Assembly (NCBI RefSeq): GCF_009914755.1
Contig: NC_060944.1
DNA: 64,000 nucleotides
Strand: one strand, 5' to 3'
Source of the DNA: the human T2T-CHM13v2.0 reference genome, Homo sapiens
A model generated the notes under the pieces. The model ran no database searches and was not told where the DNA came from. It worked only from the letters and a program-made list of their open reading frames with translations. Within the stretch, counting starts at the first letter, position 1. The number at the start of each line of letters is the position of its first letter. The translations under genes were made by a program, and so were the position numbers. This document shows, piece by piece, positions 27,081 to 40,070 of this stretch.

Positions 27081-28332
27081 AGGCCCCTTGATTGACTTCC
27101 AGATGACCCTGAGGTGGAGGCTGCCTTCCCATTTTATAGAGAAACTGGAGACTCACCAAGGGCAGACTGGGTGGGTGGGCCCAGGGCACATTGCAGACAC
27201 AACTGGCACCCAAGACTTTGCTTGGGAAAGATGACTTGGGGACCAAAGTCAGGTGCGGGGTGGAGGACAGCAGCACCAGGCCATGGCAGCCGAGCAGCGG
27301 GATCTGCTCTGGCCTCCAGGGAGGCTTCCTCATTTGGCGGCTGCAAAGAAGACAGCCTGGGCTTCCCGGCACATTCCTGAGATGGACGCCGCTAGATCCC
27401 CAACCTGCACCCCTTCCCTTGCCTGTTTGACACCAACCCAGAGTGAGCAGCTTCAACCACCCCACCTGTGCTCCCATCTTGCGATGCTGTAGTCGACAAT
27501 GGCTCATTGGGCAGCTCCAGCCTGTGGGCTTGGAGGTCAGGCGGGCTCGGGGCTGGCTTGTCTCTGCTCTGCACTGTGTGCCATCCCCCAGCAGCCCCAC
27601 TAGGCTTGCCACCACGACAGCGGGACTCTAGAGTAAGCAGAAGGACACCCCTGTTTTTCTGAAAGACACAAGAGTTTTTTCTTGGTGGGCAGCGACCCGG
27701 CCTCCAGACTTCCCTGTGATGCTCTGGACTTTCTTCCAGGACTCTCATCCCCCACTCACTACATCCACCTCATTCAATTTTCCGCTCCCAGGAGCACTGC
27801 CCAGAGCAGCAGCCTCTTGTCTCCTTCATTAGCCACAGTGCCCATCACCCGCTCAGAGCCCTGGACTCTCCTGATGACAAAGGACACAAATGATGACAGG
27901 TACCATGTCCCTTCCCCATCACTTGCTTTAGACGTGGTTTTAATGCTGAGTGCTACTTACATGAGAGGCTGACAGTTCCCTCAGCCTTCTCTGAAACGAT
28001 GCTGGAATCACTGGCTGAGCACCACGGACTCAGCATGTGACCTGCTGAAATTCTGGGCCAGGGTAGGCAGCTGTGTGTCATCTCCATCTCCAGGGTGGCC
28101 AAGCCCTGGGAGGGAAAGGATGTGATTCCGGAACAAAGCTCCTGACACCGATGGGCCTCATGATGCCGAAAGGCATAAGGGAGGTGGCCGACGGCCGGGC
28201 TGTGTGTCCACAGGCTACCACCCCTCCTGCCCAGGCCAGTCTTGCCTCCTCTCCACAGACCTTGTTGTGTAACCTGGAAGGAGGAATGAAGAGGAAAAAG
28301 CTAACATTAAATTTTAACACAGACACAGGAGA

Positions 28333-28364
28333 ACACACACACACACACACACACATGCACACAC
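28333..28364. repeat. (AC)n microsatellite
   Basis: Direct reading. Confidence 0.95.
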
Positions 28365-29699
28365 AAGGACACAAGCCCACTGCTGTTCAAATCTCAGTCG
28401 CCCCAGCCTACTCCTCATTTGGAAAAATCACATCCATCCTTGTCTTGTGGCATGCCTTCTGGGTTTGGTCATATTTATTTGTCTGTCACAAGTTCTTCTT
28501 GGAGGATTAGGAAGAAACCCTATGTGGAAATAATTGCAGCCAGTCAACTGCCCCGAGATGCCCTGAAGTTCTGTATCTGCTCCCGGAGCGTTCAGTCCAT
28601 GATTCCTGCTGGGACCCTCGTCTACCTCCACACATTCTGATTTTGCAGGTGTAGGGATCTGTGCCTGCCTAGCTCCCCTGGGACTCTGCATCTGAGTCCT
28701 CAAGCACCCTGGTGGGCTCGGCAGCAGCCCTGGCTTGCTGTTGGCTGTTTTCATGTTTGAATCGGTCAACACTAGCTCAGGTTGGAAAGCCCTGCATGGG
28801 AGGCCCAGCCAGTCCCACGTGGCTGGGACTCACAGAGCACCAACTCTGCACAAGTGCTGGGCTGGGGCTCGGGGAGAGATCCAGGCTCCACCACCGGTAG
28901 AGTGTTTTCTGCAGCCATCTAGTCTTTGGCTGCCAACCCCAGACTCTGTTGACAAGCAGAGAAGTAGGGATGTTGGAAGGGGCTCAGGAGGTTAGGACCA
29001 GGGACTGAGGGACTCGGAAGTCCAGATCACTCTGAATGGCCCGGTGAGACCCCACTGCCTCCACCGCTGGCTGCCATTGCCATTAGTATTCCCAGGTCTG
29101 CCAAGCTCTGCTCACAGGCCCACACCTGTGCCAGATGCTAGGTTGGGGAGATGGTGTCCCTGGCCAGCTTTGACCATTGTCAGGCTTCCCCAAAATAGAA
29201 AGGGGGCCTAGCATCAGAAAAGTGATACATGCCCCCTAAACACATTCTGGGGCTTGTCACCTCGTTTCCCTGGACCTCAGATCCCCTGCATCAAACAAAA
29301 GAGGTGAGGAATCAATAGTTGCAAAGCACAGTCAGTAAAGCAAAGGCTGGTTTAAAGATACAAACAGGAATTGAGGAAATATGCTTGAATGCTCTTTTGT
29401 ATGCCAACAAACACAGCACACAAAGCTTTTACCACCTCAGTGATCAGTTTAAGGACAGGCCCATGACCCAGCTGAAGCCACACGGGGACAGTGAGACTTG
29501 ATTCTAGGGCTTGCTTTGAGATCTCAGGGGCATACTCTCTCCTCTGGTTTGGAGGTGGCCACAAGGTGAGGCTAGAATTGTGGGAGACCTCCCTGTTGAG
29601 CTTGAGAATGAACCAGCAGGGTGGAAGTGATGGAGAAAAGCCAAGTCTAAGAAGATTAAGAGTTGCCTGCTTTTTCTCCTCCTCCCTCCTTGTACAAAT

Positions 29700-29930
29700 T
29701 CTACAATCATAGGGTCATCTCACCGTCCAAAATGGCTGCTCCAGCTCCAGCCATCTCATCTGCTTCTAGCCAGCAAAAGAGAGGAACTGACAGAGGTTAA
29801 AAGGCAGTTATCTTCTAAGAAAGGCATCTGAAGCTGCCATATGAGACACAGTGACTTATGCCCCATGGACTTGAATTTAGTCCTGTGACCACACCTGGTT
29901 ATAAAGCAGTCTGAGAAGCATCGTCTTTAC
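29700..29930 (-). mobile_element. Old MaLR LTR fragment (MLT1J/K-like)
   Basis: aaaatggctgctccagctccagccatctcatctgc...agtcctgtgaccacacct. Confidence 0.6.
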
Positions 29931-32900
29931 ACCTGATGGCCTTCTCAAATCAGACTGCAGTGTGGGTGCTGGATTGTGGAAGAATGCAGATGAGGAGCTA
30001 CCTGCTTCCTGGCCCTGTCATTGAGTCGGCCGGGGGCCCAGGAGGGGCCTCCTCTGGGCCTGAGGCCCAGCAGGTGTGCACTCACCCTGGACTGGGAGAC
30101 CCACACCCTGATAGGTGCTTTCAGAAAACCTGTGTCTCATGCTTTCCCAGAGCTGAAGTCAGTCTGTGACTCATCTTGGAATCCTGGAGACAAGACACTT
30201 GCAGGTAGAGGGCTGCTTCCAGCCACTCGGGCTCATGCCTCAGTCTACATGGCTGACTGCTGGGCCAGTCACTGAAATTTATCCTTGGCCACAGGCACCG
30301 TGGCCCCCAGTCAAAAAGACTGAATCTGAGTGCATGCACCCAGGCTGCAGAACCCCAAACAGCCTCTTGAGCCACCATCGCTGGGAGAAGGTAGAACCCA
30401 TAGCATTTGGCAGCACTAGCCAAAACAATGGCTGTTATCCAGATTCCAGAGGAAATTTTCATCTGGATTTTTGTCTTTTGGTATTGAGAGTAAGTGGCAA
30501 AGCCAGGTGGCAGGGTGCTCAGCAGGAGGGGAGTCTGGCCACTCCTCTGCCCACAGCTGGGACAGCTTGATCCCATGCAGACTGAGTTCCTCTGGGTTCT
30601 GGAGCCCATCAGGAAGAATGGGATAAAAGGGTTCTTGCCCAAAACATAGCAACCCGGGTCCCTGTCCAGGGAGTCACATGATGTAGGTCAGCTTTCACTG
30701 TGGAGACTCCAGGAGTCCAGGGTCAGCAATGACAAAATTCCAGGGCAGGGGGGCCCTGGCTTCCCAGTCCCTGCTGCAGCCAAGCTCTGTGTGGACTGTG
30801 TCATCCGTGGGTTCTGCCCAGCTTTCATGGTGTCAAGGAGATGGCATCAGCTAGACCTAAGTCCACAACCGATCCTTTCACTCATCTGCCGAGGGCCCCT
30901 GCACAAGTCCTTCTCGCCCTGCATCCCAGGGCTTGTGTGAGGGTCACACACAGGCAGAGATGCATAAGTACTGGCAAAGTCACAGGCCATGTCCTTGTGG
31001 CTCTGACAACTGGCTTTGGTGTCACTGCCAATGCTGGTGCCTGTCAGTGCCTGCCTCCCTGTGAGCCCCCCCACCAACTGCCACAGTTCCTGATGACCTC
31101 CCAGGAGAGAAGAGGAATAACTGGGTGCCCTAGGCCTGCTGGTGGCCATCCCTCATGTTGCCTGATGGCCTGAAGTCTTGGTGGTATCCAGCCACAGGAC
31201 CACCCATTTCCATTCTAGGTTTACTTCCTGTGGGGACTCCTCCTGCCACTTTGTGCAGATCCCCCAGAACAGTCACTTCTGACAGTTGCCCCTCACCCCA
31301 CCTGGACTTGCCTCCATGGGAGCAGCCCACCTGACCCTGGTGCTGGAGGCTGCTCCCATGCTGCCAAGTAGCCCCGTCCAGAGAAGTGGAAGGCCCAAAA
31401 AGCAGAGAATCACAGGGACCACCCTGCAAGCCACAGATGGTAGGTGGCAGAAGCCTCCCACCAGCAAGCACAAGTTCCCCCTTCCCACTCAACAATGTGT
31501 GTCAGCATGAATAGCTCCCAGCAGGATTCCAGGAAGCCTGCATTTGCACTGTACTTCTTGTTAAACCTGCAAGAGAGGCCCCTTATCTCCAAGCCAGTCG
31601 CTCAACCTCTGAGTAATGACTCCAGGCTGGATCCAGTGCAGCAGAGAGAATGGAACCAAGCAAGGAGTGCAATAGTAATCAGCAAACAGCAGGCAGTCCC
31701 GTTTCCTATCTGCCTCCGCCTTCCCTTCTTTCTCTCTTCCCAAAGGCAAAAATATTTCCCAAGTCCCTCCTTGGAGAACTTCTTAACATATAATTAGCAA
31801 AGTCTTAAGGGGTCGTTTATGGAATTTTTGTTTGGAGACCTAGTGTTTCCACCTAAGTCACTGCATTTCCCACAGATGGGAAATTCAAATCAATTACCTT
31901 GGATAGAAATTCTAATTATCAGGAGTATATGCACTTAGAACAAGACGAATATGAATCTTTCAGGATGCACTTATTCCACCCAGGAACCACAGGCTGCACA
32001 GCTGGCTGTTCTGTGTAATACACGGCATGTCCAGTGTGGCTCTTCTGCTTTCCTCTCCAATTGTGTATCTCCTCTTCCCTCTCCCAGCATCTGGTGCATG
32101 TGAGTGAGAATGGCATTAGACATCCCTATTAATTTCATCTGGGATGTAGATAAGCAATCCCACCCACCCAGAACACAGCAGAATGTAAGGACGTCTTTCT
32201 TCCTGGCACCCAGTGAAATGGCAGAGTTGTCAGTGTAGAAGCCAGAACCCTGAAACAGTGGAAAATGCAGGCCAGCTCATGAGCTGGGTTCAGTAAAGCA
32301 TGAAGAATTCCAGGCCCCTCCGCAAACAGCTGCCCCGACAGACACTCCCCACACCACCAAGCTGGCCACATGTGGGAAGTGACGTGGTGTGGCATCTGGG
32401 GCTGTTTTGGAGCTGCAGTTTCTTGGCAGTGATGGGGGGTCCCCTCTTGCCTCTGGGACCCAGGACACTCAATCCTCTGATTAAGCCCAGCCCTCTGTGA
32501 GTTCAAGCTGTGAGCCCCATCTCCGCCACAGGCTTCCCTCTCACTGTTGGGTTAAGCTCTGAAACCACGTCCAGGGGGCCACAGTATCCCTGTTGCACTG
32601 AAGAAGTAACTAAAGCCCAGAGAGGTTCTGTGCCAGGGCCCCTCTCATGAGCACTGCAAGGCCGATCTACAATGCCTGCCCTCCCCTGCACAGCTACTGC
32701 CAGATTCCGGGTGCCAGCTCCATGCTGAAGCTCTTTGGCAGCAAGGAGCCAGTGGTCCTAACCAGAATGTTCCAGAATGGTCACCATCAGGGCCTCAGAC
32801 TCCTGTGGTTGTGAGGACAGAGGTTCAAGATGGGGCTCCTTAGGTGAGGGCAGAGCAGCACCTGAGCCCCTCCCCAAATTCCCCCTTCCTTCAGGGGTTT

Positions 32901-34619
32901 TCTCCACTCTCGTCTGCTGCTGCCGGACCTGCCCCCAGGGAGCAGGTCTGCAAAGAACCTGACATGCAGGCCCAAGGGCCTCCACTGGCACCAGGCAACA
33001 TGGTCACGCCCCACCACTGGCCAGGTGGCCGCCCCCACCCCAGCATGGTAGAGCTCGGTCTCCTTGAGCAGGGGCTGAGGGTGGTCACTGTCGGCCATGG
33101 CTGGGGCTTTGGCCAGCACTTGCTGGGGACTGGGGTGCCAGTACCAGTGGGAAATAAGGGGAACCTCTGCTAGGAGGCCCTGACTGAGAAGCCAACAGGG
33201 AGCCATTGAGGGCTCCTGAGCAGAGGGGGGCATGCCCCACGCAGAGTTTGGCCAAGACAGATCTGCTCGCAGTGCACGGAGATGCCAGAGGAGAGAGACG
33301 GGGCTGGGAAACCTCTTGGAGGGCCACAATCCTAGCACGGGCCAGAGACCTGCAGGACAGCGAGCAGGGTGTGGTGCCGGAATAGCTAGGGAAGTGCGCG
33401 CCAAGGTGAGACAGGAGGCAGACAGAGTTGGTCCCCAGCCCTGCATTGCTCAGACTGGGAAGCAGGAGGGAGAATGTGACCCTTTTCCCAGGCACAGACA
33501 GGGAGACTGGACAAATCCCCCTCGTTGTAGGAATGGTGAGTTTAAGGCAGACCCCGGGCCTTCCTAGTGGACACTTCCAGCAGCAGGGGAGATGTGGAGC
33601 CAGGTGGCTTCGGTCAGCTTCCCACAAGGCCTCCTCAGCCGAGTCACATTTTTATTCCACTCCCTTCACTTCTACAGAGAGTTTAAGCAAAAAATGCCAC
33701 GGGACTTTCTTTGTGCCTCAGCAGCAAGCCCTCCGGGGCAGCTAAGTCCATGATGCTGTCCGCATCCCCAGCACAGGCCGTTGGGTGAATTCCCCAGCGC
33801 TTCCCCTCCCTCAAGGGCTACCCCATGGGCACCATCAGGGAGGATGCGTGTGGGGAGAAGTGCTGGGATTGGGGCATTGCCCTCACACTAGGACGCCCAT
33901 GGGAGGATTCAGCGTCTCCTGCTGTGACCGCCCAGAGCCCGGCCTTGGCGGTATTTCCTCCCCCTTCCTTCTCCATGGCAGACAAGGGGCTTCCATTTCC
34001 ACACGGATGGTGTAATTCTGTCTCAGGTCTTTTGGAAGCAGGCTGAGCACCCATGGGAGATTCTCTGGTTCCTTGTTGCTTGAGTGAGGAGGCTGCAATC
34101 CCAGCCCAGCGGGGCCCTGGCTGTGCTGCTCAACTTCATGCCCACTGACTCTGGGAAACATGGCCATGGTGAAGGGCGGGGTGCCAGGGAACCCCGACTT
34201 AGGAAAGTACATTTAGAAAACAGGTTGTCTCTTGGAAGAACACATATTCTTTTTAGAAATTTCCTGAACAGTGTACTTTCGTGTTTAATCTTGGTGCATT
34301 CTAGTGCTATGGAGGACAATGGTGATTCATATCTATGGGGTACTTGACAGCTTTCCGAGCAGGTTTCCTTCTCAGTTGATCACCTCGACATCTCTCTGAG
34401 GCAGCCTCTGCAGGTGTCATTTCCCCATTTTATAGGCATGGAGGAGTAAAGTGGCCTAGCTGCAGTCATGGGTAAAAGGCAACCGAACTCGACCCTCAAT
34501 CTCTATGCAGCTGCACTGCCTCTCTGACTCCCTGTGGCTTCATATGCTTTGTTTCCACAAATTTGGAAGTATTAGCAAAGGGATGAAGAAAGCAGAATTT
34601 GGGGCAGAGAAGCCTCTTT

Positions 34620-34720
34620 CATGTCTCAGTTCTGCAGTGGATGACATGTGTGACCATGAGTGAGCTAATTAACCTTTCTGAGCCTGGGTGTACTAATCAG
34701 TAAAACAGAAATGAAGGCGT
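34620..34720 (+). mobile_element. MIR fragment
   Basis: tgtgtgaccatgagtgagctaattaacctttctgagcct...gtaaaacag. Confidence 0.55.
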
Positions 34721-35247
34721 TCCCCGCCAGATGATAATTCTGAGGCATTGCCCATGCCTGCACATAGGAAATGATGGCTTCCTGCAAGGAGAAGGGAGAG
34801 CGGCCCCGGCAGGGTGAGCAGGAGCAACTCCTCCAGATCTGCAGATCTCGGCACTTGCACACCCAGGCTGCTCCAAGCCCAGGAGCAGAGGGGACACCCA
34901 GGGCTACAGTGAGGCAAGTCCTGTCCCCAAGATTATAAGGATGTGGTTTTCAGCCTGTCTTGCATTCACTTTCACCAAGTAAGATGCCAAGAGCCAGGAA
35001 GAGGCTGCCAGAGGTGCAGGAAGGAAAAGCAGAGCCAGCAGGAAGGAGCTCCGGCTGGCCGGAATGGAGCTGGAGGCTGGAGGCGGCAGCAGCCCTACCT
35101 GGGCACTCGAAAGCTGGCCCTGCTCCTGGGACCAGACAGTGCCCCTCAGGGCAGGGCAAGGGGGAGGTGAAGCAAGGAGGGGATGGGATTTTGCCTGAAA
35201 TATTTCAAAACTTCTATGTAGGACCTAGATTACTATCTCCAGGTCTG

Positions 35248-35248
<1 letters not shown>

Positions 35249-35282
<34 letters not shown>

Positions 35283-35455
35283 TGTTGGTGTCTCTGTGTG
35301 TGTCTGTGTGTTTCTCTGTGCCTATGTGTGTCTCTGTGTGTGTGTCCGTGTGTGTGTGTGTGTGTGTGTCTGTTGGTGTCTCTGTGTGTGTCTGTGTGTT
35401 TCTCTGTGCCTATGTGTGTCTCTGTGTGTGTGTCCATGTGTGCCTGTGTGTGTTC
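35249..35455. repeat. Compound (TG)n tract with an 88-bp higher-order duplication
   Basis: tctgttggtgtctctgtgtg... unit at 35281 and 35369. Confidence 0.92.
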
Positions 35456-35789
35456 ACAGTAACACACCTTGACCTCATTAGCTCTCCTTGAAGGTCCACA
35501 TCTGTGTCTTTATCTACGTCTCCGTCTATGTATCTGATCCAACTACACCACACATATAATGCAGAACGGATCTAAAGTCTGCTGCAATTCTTCAAGGCAA
35601 AGAAAAGCAACCTTTGGGTGACCTTCCAAGAGAAGGAGCCTGAAAGCATCTGATGTGAAATGTTCAGAGCAGGCACGTGTTCTAGGTGGGAAACGCTCTC
35701 TGCCACCACACCTCGCCCCCCAACCGCCCCCCAGCCACTGCTCCTTCATCCCACGAAGACATGATAATAGCAATAATAATAATAGTAGT

Positions 35790-36075
35790 GACACTGATGC
35801 GGTGCTTGCTGTGAGCCTGACACTGTTGGAAGCACTTAGTGCACACTAGAAAGTACACAATGCAACCAAATAAGTGTGAACCCTGACAAGGGCTCACAGA
35901 CATGTGGGCAGGGCGGCGCTGACCTTCAGCAGCAGGTCAGGGATGTCGTCATCCCTGATGACAGATGAGGAGGGCCAAGGACACAGACAACCAGAGGACA
36001 TGCCGTGCTGAGAGAAGAAAGGGCAGGTGCCAAGGCCCTGAGGCAGGAGCCAGGTGGCTGTTCAAAGACGCGAAG
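35790..36075 (-). mobile_element. L2 fragment
   Basis: gggcaggtgccaaggccctgaggcaggag...tgttcaaag. Confidence 0.55.
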
Positions 36076-37969
36076 ATGCTCTATGGCTGGGGGCCTTGGG
36101 GGAAGACACGCACTCCTCATTCATCAAGAAAAGGCTCATTTCGGCTTTTTTCTCCAAGTTGCTTTCAGTGATTTCCAACGGGAGAATGGAGAAATGCCTC
36201 CTATATGTACCCAGGAATGCAAGGAATTGGAATGCACAGTGTCCATGATGTGCCAGAGAGAGCCCAGTACTTTTCCTGTAATAACTCGCTAAATTTACAC
36301 TTCAGTTCTGTGAGGAACTGTTATCCTAATTTCACACAGGAGGCAATGGGGCTGGAGCCAGGTGCTTCAGCAAGTTCACAAAGCCAGGGGAGGACCCCAA
36401 GGATCCACACTGCGCTGTGCTGCTGAGTGAGTGGGTGACTGTGCACTGTTGCTTTTTCTATGAAATTGCTTGGACAGGCTTTCTCTAGCGACTTGGAAAA
36501 GTTTCAGAACTCCTATCCAGGAAAATCCCAATCAGGTTCTCTCCAAGACAATCCCCCAACCACAGACATTGTATTGCTTGGAGGAAAGTTGTTTCCACTC
36601 TTCCGGGAGCATATTTTAACCCTGGTGCAGTTAGGAAGCCAGACCTGTGGCTCATTTGGGACCACCAGCCCAATTCCAGCGATCACCACAGAAACCATTC
36701 TCTAGGTTACCCTGGAAGGGATAGCCTTGGTGGTTCTGGGCTCAATTCTTGCTCAGAACCAAAAGTAGAACTAACTTCATAATGTGAGCAAAACCCCACA
36801 GTCCAGCTTTGAGCACCTCCTTGAATATGAGCTTGTGCTTTTCCATCCAGACATAAGAAAGATGGGGAAAGGCTGACAGATTTGTAATTCACTTCAACCC
36901 CACCAGCTTAGAGCATGAAAACCCTTTTTAAAAAATGAGTCACAAGTATCTGCTGGTGAAACATGACTCACCTCCTCAAAAGAGAGAATAAACATTGAAT
37001 CAGCTTTTTAAGGGGCTTTCAGACACCACATCACCCTTGGACGACTAGACCACAACCTGTCTTAGGCAAATGCCTAGAAACAGATGGGTTACATTTTGCT
37101 GAAATGCAGACACTCAGCATCCCCTGGCCTCACACTGGGGCCGAGTCTGACATGACACCGTGGTGTTCATTATAAACCTGTGCTGACCAGCTTGAGGGGT
37201 CAGTAGCAGACAGGGGTCACCTGGCTACCTGTCAACAGCCTGCAGATCCATCTTGGTAGGCACTGAAGCCCCAAACCCTGCATGGTGGTGGTGACCAGTA
37301 GCTCTGGCCAGGGTCCCAGGTTGAGCCAGAGTCACTGGGAATGTTCACCCATCTTCAGCATCTCCAGCCTGATAATGATCATATTTGCAGCTTCCTCCAG
37401 GAGGCTGCTTCTGGGTCCACTCCTAGATCCAATTGTCTCCCTGGCAGCAACAATTGGGAAATAACAGCATCATTCTCTCTTGCAATCATTAAGGAGAGAA
37501 ACATCAAGAAGCTGCTTTCATTGTTTAACAAAGATGACAAACTTTGGAGAATGTAAAGAACATGAGGCCATTGAAGTCAATATTTCACCCAGAGGGAGCT
37601 GCACAGTTGGGCAGGGAGGTGAAGGGCATTTCTGAAGCACCATCATATGAATAAAGGTCATGAGTTTTGATGGGCAGGAGATGGGGACACTGCACAGTGC
37701 ATGCTTTTGGGGAAGGGGGAAGAGGTGAAAAGGACGAGACGAAGAAAACAACAGAGAAAAACGCTAGCATGTGAAAAAGCCATATTCACTCATTGTTTTA
37801 AAAAGTGAGCCGCCACACTTGAAAAAAATATTTACCCAGAAGACTCATCCTGTGTAGTGGAGGCCAAATGCCATCCTGAAGAAGTTCAGCACGGGGTGAG
37901 GTATGAGGTGCAGGCTCCCGACAGAGCCTCTGAGCATGGGGTGGTGACTGCAGTCACTCATCCTCCAAG

Positions 37970-38180
37970 GAGTCAAGCAGGACAGGGATAAGAATGGCAA
38001 GGGTGGAGGGTTTTGATATTTTGATTAAGAGGGCCAAGGGAGCTCCAGTAAAAAGACAGCATTTAAGCCAAACTAGAAGGGGTAAAGAAGTGAGAACTCC
38101 TCATAGGTATTTGAGAAAAAAGCATAACAGACCCTGTAGGGAAATGGGGGGATATCTGAGAAGCACCAAGGAAGCCAATC
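37970..38180 (-). mobile_element. L2 fragment
   Basis: gcatttaagccaaactagaagg...tctgagaagcaccaaggaagcc. Confidence 0.5.
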
Positions 38181-38389
38181 TATAAAACCATTCAGATGTT
38201 TATTCAAACAGATAGGTCGAGAAATAGGAAATAGAAAAACAGGCAGTTAATCTCCAGCATAAAATTGAGATGTGAAATAGAAATGCCACTTGGGGATTTT
38301 CATAGTCCCACAGTGGAGAGGTTGAAAGAATACAGCCTTTGGTGTTGGAGAAATCTGAGTTCAAAAACTGTCTTTGCCACTTGTTCCCA

Positions 38390-39510
38390 AAAAGGGAAAG
38401 AATGGAGGAGGAAGGAACAAAACTAATAAAATATGTAAAATATGATTTGGTGGCAAAAATAAGCTCAAACACATCAATAGTCACAATGAAGGTAAATGGA
38501 TTAAAAACTCTTTACTTAAGATACAAATATGGTCAGTCTGGATTAGAAGCAAAATCTCATTATATGCTGTTATAAAGAGATATGTCCAAAACTTTAAAAT
38601 ATACACCCCATAAAGAAAATAATAGAAAAAAGATATACCAGGCAATTATTAATCACAAAAACTACTGCAGCTATATCAATAGACTTTAGGGCAAAAAACA
38701 TCATATGGGAGAAAAAGATCACTACATAGGAAGATATAGTGTTTCTAAACTTGTGCGCAACTAATAACTTCTAAATATGTAAAGCAAAGATTTGCAGGAT
38801 TGCAATAAGAGGTTGATAAAGCCACCATCACTGATAGGTCAAGAAGACAAAAATGGTTAGCAAGGACATAAATGACACAACTAACAAATGTGAACTGACA
38901 GGTATGTGCAGAACACGCACCCATTAATTGGTGGGATTTATTTCTTATACGATCACAGACAACATTTACAAATATTGCTTATGCATTGGACTAAATAGCA
39001 AGTCTCAAAAGATTGCAAAACTTAGTACTGTACACCATATTTTCTAAACGCAATACAATTAAGTGAAAAATCAATGATTAAAAGATTTTTAAAATATATT
39101 TGGAAAAGAGAGTGCCCACATATAAAATCACCAGTTAACATCAGACTTTGATAAGTGAGGAATGCAGGCTGTAAATGCTAGGCTGTATCAAAGAATACAG
39201 AAGTCATAACCTCTAAAACAGGAAAAAGGAGGTAACAATGACTCACCAAGTATTTCTAAATAATTTATAAATAACAGTACCTAATATTGAATAATCATTA
39301 AGAGTACCTGTCACAACCTGTAGAATACAACAAAAAGGTTCTAAGAGTGGTTACATGATATTAGGGCTGTTTTAGAAAAGCAGGAAGTCTGAGAATGAAT
39401 GAACTTAAGAAAACATATTCTTTTAAAACAGAATAAACCTTAGGAAAATAGAATGCACAAGATAATAAAGACAGAAGCAGAAATACATGAAATTGATAAA
39501 GCTATGCTGG
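38390..39510 (+). mobile_element. Old L1M ORF2 (endonuclease region) remnant
   Basis: atcaatagtcacaatgaaggtaaatggattaaa; aaaagatataccaggcaa; atagactttagggcaaaaa. Confidence 0.7.
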
Positions 39511-39599
39511 ATGTCTGCTGAAGAATGCTGCCATTTGTCAATTTTATTTGAACTGAGAAGATGCAACAAACCCAAATCCACACATCATGCTCCATCTGA

Positions 39600-40070
39600 G
39601 CCAAAGCCGGGCAGACACTGCTGAGTGCTCAGGATATTGGGGAGCAAAACCGGCAACAACTCACAAACAACAACAGAACAGAAGAGTAAACAACTTGTAT
39701 GTTACACGACTGTAAGTGTTATGGGAAGGAAAGAAAGCAGAGTCAGATACATGGGTCCTGAGTGTGGGCTGGAGAGGGGAGGCTCTGCAGTGTTGGGTGT
39801 GCCAAAGAGAAGGTGCCAAGGACATTGGCCAAGCAGATGACTGGGTGAAGAGTGCTCCAGGCAAACCGCACATCCAAAGGCCCTGAGGCATGGCTGTGCC
39901 TGGGTGCTGAAGGGACAGCGAGGAGGTCAGGCTGGACTGGCGAGAGGAAAGCAGAGAGTGGACAGAAGTGAGACTGGAAGGTCAAGGCAGGTCCTGCTGG
40001 CTCTTGGAGCCCTTGGGGGCCACTGCAGGGATGGTGGATCCCACTGCAGGCTCTGAGCAAGAGTGTACCA
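39600..40070 (-). mobile_element. L2 fragment
   Basis: gagtgctccaggcaaa...caaaggccctgaggcatgg...gaagggacagcgaggagg. Confidence 0.6.

Noticed and set aside
26581-27234. 217-aa ORF, the longest on the + strand
   Set aside because: Non-ATG start, no recognisable domain, runs into a MIR; compatible with chance in GC-rich DNA
32787-33446. 219-aa minus-strand ORF
   Set aside because: Pro/Leu/Ser/Trp-rich composition typical of random GC-rich frames; overlapping ORFs in other frames; no family motif
34960-35491. Cys/Val-rich and His/Thr-rich ORFs
   Set aside because: Translations of the (TG)n microsatellite
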